Assembly (NCBI GenBank): GCA_036402955.1 | Contig: DASWRX010000128.1 | Location: forward strand, 21,810-85,809 | Reading direction: 5' to 3' | Source of the DNA: Thermoanaerobaculia bacterium | Lineage (GTDB): Bacteria; Acidobacteriota; Thermoanaerobaculia; Multivoradales; UBA5704 | Length of the DNA: 64,000 nucleotides | In this document: piece after piece, positions 17,892 through 25,177 of the stretch | Layout: every line of letters begins with the position of its first letter | Position numbering within the stretch: the stretch's first letter is position 1 | Made by a program: the position numbers and the translations under genes | The notes under the pieces: generated by a model | What the model was told of the DNA's origin: nothing | Database searches by the model: none | The model's input: only the letters and a program-made list of their open reading frames with translations

Positions 17892-17966
17892 AACGGGACG
17901 TCCGCCGGGGGGAACATTCCCCCACGGATTTGACCCCTCTCCCCGCTTTCGGGAGAGAATCCCCCC

Positions 17967-18416
17967 ATGAAAGACCAGCCGTTCCCCTTCTACGCGACCC
18001 AGATGACCGTGCGCCTGACGACTCCGGAAACGGGGGGAGGGTACGCCCTCATGGAGATGCGCCATCCCCCGGGAGTCGGACCCGCCCTGCACGTTCATCC
18101 GCGGTCCGCGGAGTCCTTCTACGTCCTGGACGGACGGTACAAGTTCTTCCGGGACGAGGAGACCGTCGAGGCAAGTCCCGGCATGGCGGTGACGATCCCC
18201 GCCGGCGTGCCCCACCGCTACGTCTCCGGTCCGGACGGCGGCCGCATCCTGGTGATGACGCCGCCGGGCCTCGAAGAATACTTCTGGACCGTCTCCAAGC
18301 TCCTCCAGAAGGGTCCCGTGTCCATGGACGAGGAGTTCGCCATCGCGGCCCGGCTCGGCCAGGAGTTTCTGGATGGGCATGGGCACTGGGGCGGGCACGC
18401 GGCGCCGATTTCGTAG
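17967..18416 (+). CDS. Cupin domain protein
   Basis: 149 aa. Cupin motifs PALHVHPRSAESFYVLDG and IPAGVPHRY. Confidence 0.8.
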   Translation: MKDQPFPFYATQMTVRLTTPETGGGYALMEMRHPPGVGPALHVHPRSAESFYVLDGRYKFFRDEETVEASPGMAVTIPAGVPHRYVSGPDGGRILVMTPPGLEEYFWTVSKLLQKGPVSMDEEFAIAARLGQEFLDGHGHWGGHAAPIS

Positions 18417-18434
18417 GATTCGCAGGAGACATCC

Positions 18435-18510
18435 ATGAAAGCCGTCGGACTCTATAAATACCTGCCCACGACGACCCAGAGAGCCTGATCGACGTCGCGG
18501 CATCGAGTGA
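18435..18510 (+). pseudogene. Remnant of the 5' end of a zinc-type/quinone oxidoreductase (MDR family) gene
   Basis: AGGAG 6 nt upstream of ATG 18435. Encodes MKAVGLYKYLPTTTQRA*. A one-frame shift after about codon 14 gives PESLIDVAASS. Together these resemble the usual MDR N-terminus MKAxGxxxxLP..PESLIDV. The remainder of such a gene is absent. Confidence 0.45.
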
Positions 18511-18616
18511 CGGGTCAACCGATCCCGGTTTGCTCCGGACAGCGCACTTCTAAGGGTGGAGCCCTGCTCCGCCGCGTTTCATGGGGGAGCGCGGCCTCCA
18601 GAGAGGAGACTCGACG

Positions 18617-18832
18617 ATGAGAAAGCTCGATCTCATTCGCGCCTGGAAAGATCCGGTCTACCGCTCCAGTCTGTCCGCCGAGGAGCGGGCGCAGCTCCCC
18701 GGCCATCCGTCGGGGATCATCGAGATCACGGACGAGCACCTCCAGGTGACCTCAGGCGGGACCACGACGGCTCCGATGTGCACGATCTACACGTACAATC
18801 ACTTCCGGTATTGCTGCCCGACGACCGCGTAG
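18617..18832 (+). CDS. lanA: Class II lanthipeptide precursor 1 (lichenicidin/mersacidin-type leader)
   Basis: ORF 18581..18832 trimmed to ATG 18617 (GAGGAG upstream). Leader MRKLDLIRAWKDPVYRSSLSAEERAQLPGHPSGIIEITDEHLQVTSGG ends in a double-Gly site. Core TTTAPMCTIYTYNHFRYCCPTTA (7 Thr, 3 Cys). Confidence 0.85.
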   Translation: MRKLDLIRAWKDPVYRSSLSAEERAQLPGHPSGIIEITDEHLQVTSGGTTTAPMCTIYTYNHFRYCCPTTA

Positions 18833-18859
18833 GCCGCAGCTCACCCGAGGAGTAGCGAC

Positions 18860-19063
18860 ATGAACAAGACCGACGTCATCCGCGCCTGGAAAGACCCCCT
18901 CTACCGCGCCCGTCTGAGCCGGGAGGAGGCTTCCGGACTGCCGACGCACCCGTCCGGCGTCATCGATCTGGAGGAGAAGCAGCTCCAGTGGGCGGCGGGC
19001 GGGGTCCGGACCACGTACAGGACCTGCACGGTGTATACGAGCCGAGTCGGCTGCTGCCCGTAG
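18860..19063 (+). CDS. lanA: Class II lanthipeptide precursor 2
   Basis: 67 aa, GAGGAG upstream. Leader MNKTDVIRAWKDPLYRARLSREEASGLPTHPSGVIDLEEKQLQWAAGG. Core VRTTYRTCTVYTSRVGCCP (5 Thr, 1 Ser, 3 Cys). Leader and core scaffold are paralogous to precursor 1. Confidence 0.85.
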   Translation: MNKTDVIRAWKDPLYRARLSREEASGLPTHPSGVIDLEEKQLQWAAGGVRTTYRTCTVYTSRVGCCP

Positions 19064-19068
19064 GCACG

Positions 19069-22000
19069 GTGGCCGATCCCGTTTCCGCCTGGCGTGCGCT
19101 CGCTCTCGCCGAGCGGGCGCACGCGCCGCGCCCCGAGGGCACGGCCAAATCCGACGAGCTCGCCCGTTTCCGCCTCGGGCAGTGGCGGGATCTCTCCCCG
19201 TTCCGGTCGGGGGATGCGCTCGCCCGCCGGCTGGCGGACGAGGGGCTCGATGAATCAACCTTCGAGCGGCTGCTGGCCGAACCCGCGGAGGCGGTGGGGG
19301 AGCGTCTGCCCCAGCCTCCCCAATGGTTTTCCGAGCTGACGGCGGCCCCCGCCGGGTCGCCGCCGGAGGCGGAGCCGCTGCCCCTGCCGCCGGCTCTGCG
19401 AGACGATCCGGGGGCCGGCTTTCTCGAGCTGATCCGGCCCTGGATCGAGAGAGCGCGCGCGCGGCTTCGCGAAGGGATCGGGACGATCTGCCGCGAGCGG
19501 AAGCCGCCGTTCACCGCGGAGGAGGCGGAGCGGCTGCTGAGCGAGCCGTTCGCCTTCCAGCTTCTGCCGCTCCTGTCGCGGACGCTGGTGCTGGAGCTGA
19601 ACGTGGCCCGGCTCCAGGAGCTGCTGGCCGGCGACACGGCGGAGGAGCGCTTCGCCTCCTTCGTCGACCGGCTGCGCAAGCCGGAGGTCGCCGCGGCGAT
19701 CCTCGACGAGTATCCGGCCCTCGCCCGCCTGGCGATCGAGGAGCTGGATGCCTGGGTGGTGGTCTCGCTCGAGCTGCTGGGCCGGTTGGCGGCGGACTGG
19801 CCGGAGCTGGTGGCGACCTTCTTCGGCGGCCGGAATCCCGGCCCTCTGAAGGCGCTCGGCGGCGGCGCCGGCGACCGCCACCGCGGCGGCCGGGCGGTGC
19901 GCATCCTGGAGTTCGCTTCCGGCGCCAGGCTCGCCTACAAGCCGCGCTCCATGGCCGTCGACGCGCACTTCCAGGAGCTCCTCGCCTGGATCGAGACGAA
20001 GGACCGCGGGCTCTCCTTCCGCCGGCTGAGGGTGCTCGACCGTCGGGACTATGGCTGGATGGAGTACGCCGAGCCCAAGGGGTGCGCCTGCGAGGAGGAG
20101 GTGGCGATCTACCACCGGCGCCTTGGCGGTCTGCTCGCCCTGCTCTACGCCCTCGAAGCCACGGATTGCCATTACGAGAACCTCATCGCGGCCGGCGGGC
20201 ATCCCGTCGTGGTCGATCTCGAATCGCTGTTCCATCCCCGCTGGGAGGTCGAGGGCCCACCGATGCCGGACGAGCGGCTGGCGGGCGAGGCGCTGGCGGA
20301 GTCGGTGTTGCGGATCGGGCTGCTTCCCTTCCAGGTCGGCGAGGGGGTGGACGCGGTGGATCTGAGCGGCGTCGCGTCGGTCGCCGGCCAGCCCACGCCG
20401 CAGCCGGTGATGCAGTGGCGGGGGATCGGCACCGACGAGATGCGGGTCGTGCGCGAGCGGGTGGCGATGGAAGGGGGGAGCAACCGCCCGTCTCTCGACG
20501 GCCGGGAGATCGAGGCCGCGGAGTTCACGAACGAAATGGCGGACGGGTTCTCCCGCGTCTACCGCCTGCTGGTCCGGCATCGGGCGGAGCTGCTCGCCTT
20601 TCTGGACCGCTTCGCGGACGATCCCGTGCGGGCGGTGCTGCGGCCGACCCGGGTCTATGGCCTGCTGCTCTCCGAGAGCTTCCATCCCGACGTGCTGCGG
20701 GACGCTCTCGACCGCGATCTCCTCTTCGACCGTCTCTGGGTGGGGATCGACGAGCAGCCGGTGCTGGCGCGGGCGATCCCCGCCGAGCATCGCGACCTGC
20801 GCGCCGGGGACATCCCGGCCTTCCAGGCCCGCCCCTCCTCCGTCGACGCCTGGACGAGCCGGGGAGAGCGCCTGCCCGGGTTCTTCCTGGAGCCCGCGAT
20901 CGTCACCGCACGCCGGCGCATCGAGCGTATGGGCGAGGACGATCTGCGGCGGCAGCTCGCGCTGCTCCGCCTCTCCCTCGGCACCCAGCTCCTCAACCGC
21001 GACGACGTGGGCTGGACCGGCTACGCCGAGACCGACCCGGGCCTGCCGCTCGGGCCGGACGGGCGGCGCGAGCGCATGATCGAGGCCGCTCGGAAGGTGG
21101 GGGAGTGGTTCGAATCCATGGCGCTGCGCGACGGCCGGTACGCCACCTGGATCGGCCTCGACTACCGCAACCAGTACTGGTCGCTGGTGCCGATGCCGGA
21201 GGATCTCTACGCCGGTCTCCCGGGGGTGGCCCTCTTCCTGGGCTATCTCGGTGCGATGACCGGTCGAAAACCCCATAGAAAGCCTGGTGATGACGGTGGG
21301 AAGCGCTTCACGGCTCTCGCCCGGGCGGCGCTGGAGAGCCTGCTCGCCCGCCATCCTACCGTTCCGGATGGAAAAAATGGGAAGGATGGCGGCGACGACT
21401 CCCGCCTCTCCATCGGCGCCTTCACCGGCTGGGGCGGCCTCCTCTACACCGTGGCCCATCTCGGATCGCTCTGGCGGGACCCGGCGCTCTTCGCGGCGGG
21501 GGAGCGGATGGCCGAGCGCATCCTTCCCCGGATCGACGGCGATGAGGAGATCGACGTGGTCGGCGGCTCGGCGGGAGCCATCTTCGGCCTGCTCGCCCTG
21601 CACCGCGCGTCCGGCTCGCGCCGGGCGCTGGAGGTGGCGGTCCGCTGTGGCGAGCATCTGCTGGCTCGCTCGCACGCCGCGGGCGCCGGGCTGGCATGGC
21701 TGACCCATCTCGCGTCCGAGCGGCCGCAGATCGGCTTCTCCCACGGCAACGCCGGCATCGGCGCGGCCCTGGCGGCGCTGGGCGCGGCGTCGGGAGAGGC
21801 CCGTTTCCTGGCGGCGGGCCTCGCGGCCTTCGACTGGGAGCGGGAGGCGTTCTGGCCCACGGTGCGCGGCTGGCTGGCCGGCGAGGGGGGGCAGCCGCCG
21901 CCCGAGAGCGCGGTGGCGATCGCCTGGTGCTACGGCGCTCCGGGCGTCGCCATGGCCCGGATGATCGCCCTTCCCCACGTCCGCGACCGGGAGGTGCGGC

Positions 22001-22350
22001 AGGCCCTGACGGAGGAGGTGAGGGAGGCGATCTCGATGACGTACGCCCGCGGCTTCGGCGAGAACCACTGCCTCTGTCACGGCGATCTCGGGAACTTCGA
22101 CTTCCTGCTCCAGGCGCGGTTGGAGCTGAAGAATCCGAACCTGGACGTCCTTTCCGCCTGGCACATCCAGAAGACCCTCGCCAGCATCGAGCGGGACGGC
22201 TGGCTCTGCGGCACGCGGGGAGGCGTCGAGTCGCCGGCGCTGATGAACGGCTTCGCGGGCATCGGCTACGGGTTGCTACGCCTCGCCGAGCGCCGGCGGG
22301 TGCCCTCCGTGCTCGCCCTCCAGCCCCCGGTCAGACGCCGATCCTTCTGA
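19069..22350 (+). CDS. lanM: Class II lanthipeptide synthetase LanM (dehydratase + LanC-like cyclase)
   Basis: ORF 18988..22350 trimmed to in-frame GTG 19069, just after the lanA2 stop. N-terminal SAWRALALAER. Kinase-like dehydratase motif ATDCHYENLIAAGGHPVVVDLESLF. C-terminal cyclase Zn-ligand motifs AWCYGAPG and CLCHGDLGN. The start codon is uncertain (no clear SD). Confidence 0.9.
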   Translation: MADPVSAWRALALAERAHAPRPEGTAKSDELARFRLGQWRDLSPFRSGDALARRLADEGLDESTFERLLAEPAEAVGERLPQPPQWFSELTAAPAGSPPEAEPLPLPPALRDDPGAGFLELIRPWIERARARLREGIGTICRERKPPFTAEEAERLLSEPFAFQLLPLLSRTLVLELNVARLQELLAGDTAEERFASFVDRLRKPEVAAAILDEYPALARLAIEELDAWVVVSLELLGRLAADWPELVATFFGGRNPGPLKALGGGAGDRHRGGRAVRILEFASGARLAYKPRSMAVDAHFQELLAWIETKDRGLSFRRLRVLDRRDYGWMEYAEPKGCACEEEVAIYHRRLGGLLALLYALEATDCHYENLIAAGGHPVVVDLESLFHPRWEVEGPPMPDERLAGEALAESVLRIGLLPFQVGEGVDAVDLSGVASVAGQPTPQPVMQWRGIGTDEMRVVRERVAMEGGSNRPSLDGREIEAAEFTNEMADGFSRVYRLLVRHRAELLAFLDRFADDPVRAVLRPTRVYGLLLSESFHPDVLRDALDRDLLFDRLWVGIDEQPVLARAIPAEHRDLRAGDIPAFQARPSSVDAWTSRGERLPGFFLEPAIVTARRRIERMGEDDLRRQLALLRLSLGTQLLNRDDVGWTGYAETDPGLPLGPDGRRERMIEAARKVGEWFESMALRDGRYATWIGLDYRNQYWSLVPMPEDLYAGLPGVALFLGYLGAMTGRKPHRKPGDDGGKRFTALARAALESLLARHPTVPDGKNGKDGGDDSRLSIGAFTGWGGLLYTVAHLGSLWRDPALFAAGERMAERILPRIDGDEEIDVVGGSAGAIFGLLALHRASGSRRALEVAVRCGEHLLARSHAAGAGLAWLTHLASERPQIGFSHGNAGIGAALAALGAASGEARFLAAGLAAFDWEREAFWPTVRGWLAGEGGQPPPESAVAIAWCYGAPGVAMARMIALPHVRDREVRQALTEEVREAISMTYARGFGENHCLCHGDLGNFDFLLQARLELKNPNLDVLSAWHIQKTLASIERDGWLCGTRGGVESPALMNGFAGIGYGLLRLAERRRVPSVLALQPPVRRRSF

Positions 22351-22409
22351 CAGCCCCGGATCCGGCGGTATACTCCCCCGCGTCTGATTTCATCCTACGG
22401 AGACCCTTC

Positions 22410-23474
22410 ATGAACAAGCCGGCAGCTCTCATCAGTCTCGTCGCGGGCCTCGCGCTCGCTCCCTCCCTCCCCGCGCACGGCGCGGCAACCGCCAAGGCCA
22501 CGGCCCCGGCGAAAGGCGGCGGCTACCACGTCGCCAAGGAGATCGCGATCGGTGGCGAGGGAGGATGGGACTACCTGGCCGCGGACTCCGCGACGCGGCG
22601 GCTCTACGTCTCGCACTCGAACAAGGTGGAGGTGGTCGACCTCGACAGCGGCAAGAAGGTGGGGGAGATCCTGAACCTTTCGGGGGTCCACGGCATCGCC
22701 GTGGCGAGCGACCTCAACCGCGGCTTCATCAGCAACGGCAAGAGCTCGACGGTGACCATTTTCGATCTCAAGACGCTCGGCACCGTGGGCGAGGTCAAGT
22801 CCACGGGCGAGAACCCGGACGCCATCCTCTACGATCCCTACTCCCACCAGGTCTTCGCCTTCAACGGCCGGTCGGGTGACGCGACGGTGATCGACGGCAA
22901 GACGGGCAAGGTCGCGGGCACGATCAAGCTCGGCGGCAAGCCGGAGTTCGCCACCACCGACCTCGCCGGCAAGGTCTTCGTCAACATCGAGGACAAGAGC
23001 GAGGTCGTGGAGCTCGGCGCCAAGGACCTGGCGGTCAAGGCGCGCTGGCCGCTGGCGCCCTGCGAATCGCCGTCCGGCATGGCGATCGACCGTAAGCATC
23101 ACCGGCTGCTGATCGGCTGCGAGAACAAGATGGCGGCCGTGATGAGCACCGACAACGGCAAGGTGGTCACCACCGTCCCGATCGGCCAGGGGGTGGACGC
23201 CAACGGCTTCGATCCCGGCACGGGTCTCGGCTTCAGCTCGAACGGCGAGGGCACGCTGACCGTCATCCGCGAGGAGACGCCCGACCGCTTCACGGTGGTC
23301 GAGAACGCCCCCACGCGCAAGGGCGCGCGCACCATGGCGCTCGACGAGAAGACGCACAGCGTCTATCTCTCCAGCGCCCAGTACGGCCCGGCGCCCGCTC
23401 CCACCAAGGAGCAGCCGCGCCCGCGGCCGACCGTGCTGCCGAACACCTTCACGATCCTCGTCGTCAGCCAGTAG
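22410..23474 (+). CDS. Secreted YncE/YVTN-type beta-propeller repeat protein
   Basis: In-frame part of ORF 21696..23474 from ATG 22410 (MNKPAALISLVAGLALAPSLPAHG signal). Repeated blade pattern (GGWDYLAADSATRRLYVSH, GVHGIAVASDLNRGFISN, NPDAILYDPYSHQVFAFN, and others). Confidence 0.8.
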   Translation: MNKPAALISLVAGLALAPSLPAHGAATAKATAPAKGGGYHVAKEIAIGGEGGWDYLAADSATRRLYVSHSNKVEVVDLDSGKKVGEILNLSGVHGIAVASDLNRGFISNGKSSTVTIFDLKTLGTVGEVKSTGENPDAILYDPYSHQVFAFNGRSGDATVIDGKTGKVAGTIKLGGKPEFATTDLAGKVFVNIEDKSEVVELGAKDLAVKARWPLAPCESPSGMAIDRKHHRLLIGCENKMAAVMSTDNGKVVTTVPIGQGVDANGFDPGTGLGFSSNGEGTLTVIREETPDRFTVVENAPTRKGARTMALDEKTHSVYLSSAQYGPAPAPTKEQPRPRPTVLPNTFTILVVSQ

Positions 23475-23504
23475 GGGAACCGGGGGCGCCCTTTGGGGGC
23501 GCCT

Positions 23505-24821
23505 CTATCCCTGCGGTCCCCGGATCAGCTTCCCGTACTTGAGCGGCTGGCCGGTCTCCCAGGGGCGGTACTGGTTGCAGAAGTCGATGCGCTCGCCGAG
23601 CGGCGGGTGATCGGAGCGCCAGAGCTTGTAGAGCAGGCCGGGCCGGGGCACGCTCAGGTTCTCCTGCTGGAGCTTGGCGAAGGCCGTACCGCAGTCGTGG
23701 TTGTCCCGCGTGATCTCCAGGCCGAAGCGGTCCGCCTCGTGCTCGACGTGGCGGCCGACCGCCAGGATCACCGGCGACAGCGCCAGCGAGACCATGGCGA
23801 ACAGCAGCATCACGAGCGGCACCGAGGCCACGTCCGACAGCTCGTGGAAGCCGAACCGGTCGCCGAAGCGCTCGATCAGCCCGCCCGCCGTCAGTTGGAT
23901 CACCCACAGCCCGAAGAGGATGAGGGCGGAGCCCAGGGCGACGAGCTGGTAGGTGTGGCCGAGCACATAGTGCCCCATTTCGTGGCCCATCACGAAGAGC
24001 ACCTCCGGCTCGTCGAGCTTGGCCAGGATGGTGTCCCAGAGCACGATCCGCTTGGTGCCCCCGAGGCCCGTGACGTAGGCGTTGACCGTCTTGGTATCGA
24101 CGCTCTTGTTGACCTCGTAGACGCGGCTCCCCTCGATGCCCGCGCGGTCGGCGAGAGCGAGGATCCGCGTCTCCAGCGTCTTGTTCTTCATCGGCCCGAA
24201 ATCGTTGAACAGCGGCTCCACCCAGATCGGCGTGACGAAGAGGATGAACACCAGCAGGGGGATCGAGGCGAGCCCCGTATAGAGCCACCAGCGCCGGGGG
24301 CTCTTGTGCAGCAGCAGGTAGGGGAACCAGAGCGTGAGCGCGAGGAAGACGCAGGCGATCAGCAGCCCCTTGATCTCGTCGCCCCACCACTTGGCCGCCG
24401 TCTGGCTCGACAGGCCGTAGGCGTGCTGGCGCACGAACCCCGCGTACCAGCCGAGCGGCAGGTCGAGGACGAAGGTGACCGCGGCAAAGAAGACGGCGTA
24501 GACGGCGACCGTCCCCAGCCAGTTGCGGCCGATCCGGCGGGCCGCGTCGCGCAGGCGGGCCGAGAGCCCCGTGAACAGCAGGAGGGCCGGCACCAGCAGG
24601 CCCCAGAGCGTGTCGATCCCCCACAGCACGTTGCCGGAGCGGTAGTAGCGCAGCGCCTTCTCGCTCGGCGCCGCCACCGCGACCGGCGCGCCCGAGGGGG
24701 CCGCCGGAGCGGAGGCGGCCGGTGCCGCAGCAGGGGCCGCCGGAGCGGATTGCGCCGAGGCGAAAGGAGCGAGGCCGCAGGCCAGCGCGAGGGTCAGAAC
24801 GGCGGGAACGGCGATGCGCAT
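23505..24821 (-). CDS. M48-family (Ste24/HtpX-like) membrane zinc metallopeptidase
   Basis: 438 aa. Signal/anchor, multiple TM segments, VMGHEMGHYVLGH (HExxH) and a downstream E in HEADRFG. Confidence 0.85.
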   Translation of the reverse strand: MRIAVPAVLTLALACGLAPFASAQSAPAAPAAAPAASAPAAPSGAPVAVAAPSEKALRYYRSGNVLWGIDTLWGLLVPALLLFTGLSARLRDAARRIGRNWLGTVAVYAVFFAAVTFVLDLPLGWYAGFVRQHAYGLSSQTAAKWWGDEIKGLLIACVFLALTLWFPYLLLHKSPRRWWLYTGLASIPLLVFILFVTPIWVEPLFNDFGPMKNKTLETRILALADRAGIEGSRVYEVNKSVDTKTVNAYVTGLGGTKRIVLWDTILAKLDEPEVLFVMGHEMGHYVLGHTYQLVALGSALILFGLWVIQLTAGGLIERFGDRFGFHELSDVASVPLVMLLFAMVSLALSPVILAVGRHVEHEADRFGLEITRDNHDCGTAFAKLQQENLSVPRPGLLYKLWRSDHPPLGERIDFCNQYRPWETGQPLKYGKLIRGPQG

Positions 24822-24890
24822 CAGGTCTCTCCCTGTCAGGTCGATAGGGAGAGTACGTCGGGAAGGGGGTGAAGTTGCCGGCGAGGACCG

Positions 24891-25112
24891 TCAGGTCGCG
24901 TAGACGAAGACGGTCCCCTTCGACCGCGCCTTGCGCCGCAGCAGCGCGTCGAGATGGATCGTCGTCTCCTCGATCAGCACGGCCTGCCCGCACTCCGGGC
25001 AGACCTCCGCCGGCACGTCATGGACGACGATCGTCCGCTCGCGGTAGATGACCGAATGGCTGATCGCCCGCGGCTCGTGCTCTCCGGTGCAGTCTGGGGT
25101 CTGGCATTTCAT
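24891..25112 (-). CDS. YgiT-type zinc-finger protein (MqsA N-domain-like)
   Basis: 73 aa. CxxC...CxxC (CQTPDC ... CPECG). GGAGG upstream of ATG 25112. Confidence 0.7.
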   Translation of the reverse strand: MKCQTPDCTGEHEPRAISHSVIYRERTIVVHDVPAEVCPECGQAVLIEETTIHLDALLRRKARSKGTVFVYAT

Positions 25113-25177
25113 GGCAAGTCCTCCTCTGGTTCCGTCTTCAGAGAACCCGCGCTCGGGGCGCGCTCATTCCCAGTCTC

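Noticed and set aside
15402-18518. 1038-aa ORF on the minus strand
   Set aside because: It is antisense to four well-supported plus-strand genes (M56 sensor, DUF5694, cupin). Its composition is dominated by Arg/Gly/Pro/His/Asp, it has no motifs and no SD. This is a typical high-GC shadow ORF.
18617-19063. Classical two-component (alpha/beta) lantibiotic model for the two precursors
   Set aside because: Only one LanM is present, and the two cores share the same Cys/Thr scaffold instead of the distinct alpha and beta types. Two congeners of one scaffold fits better. This is not fully excluded.
19255-22164. 969-aa minus-strand ORF and the 651-aa plus-strand ORF 19323..21278
   Set aside because: Both overlap lanM in other frames. 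LanM carries the diagnostic dehydratase and cyclase motifs, and the alternatives are Arg/Pro/Gly junk.
23464-24993. 509-aa minus ORF and 459-aa plus ORF overlapping the M48 peptidase gene
   Set aside because: Only the frame 23505..24821 gives TM helices and HEMGH. The others are compositional artefacts.
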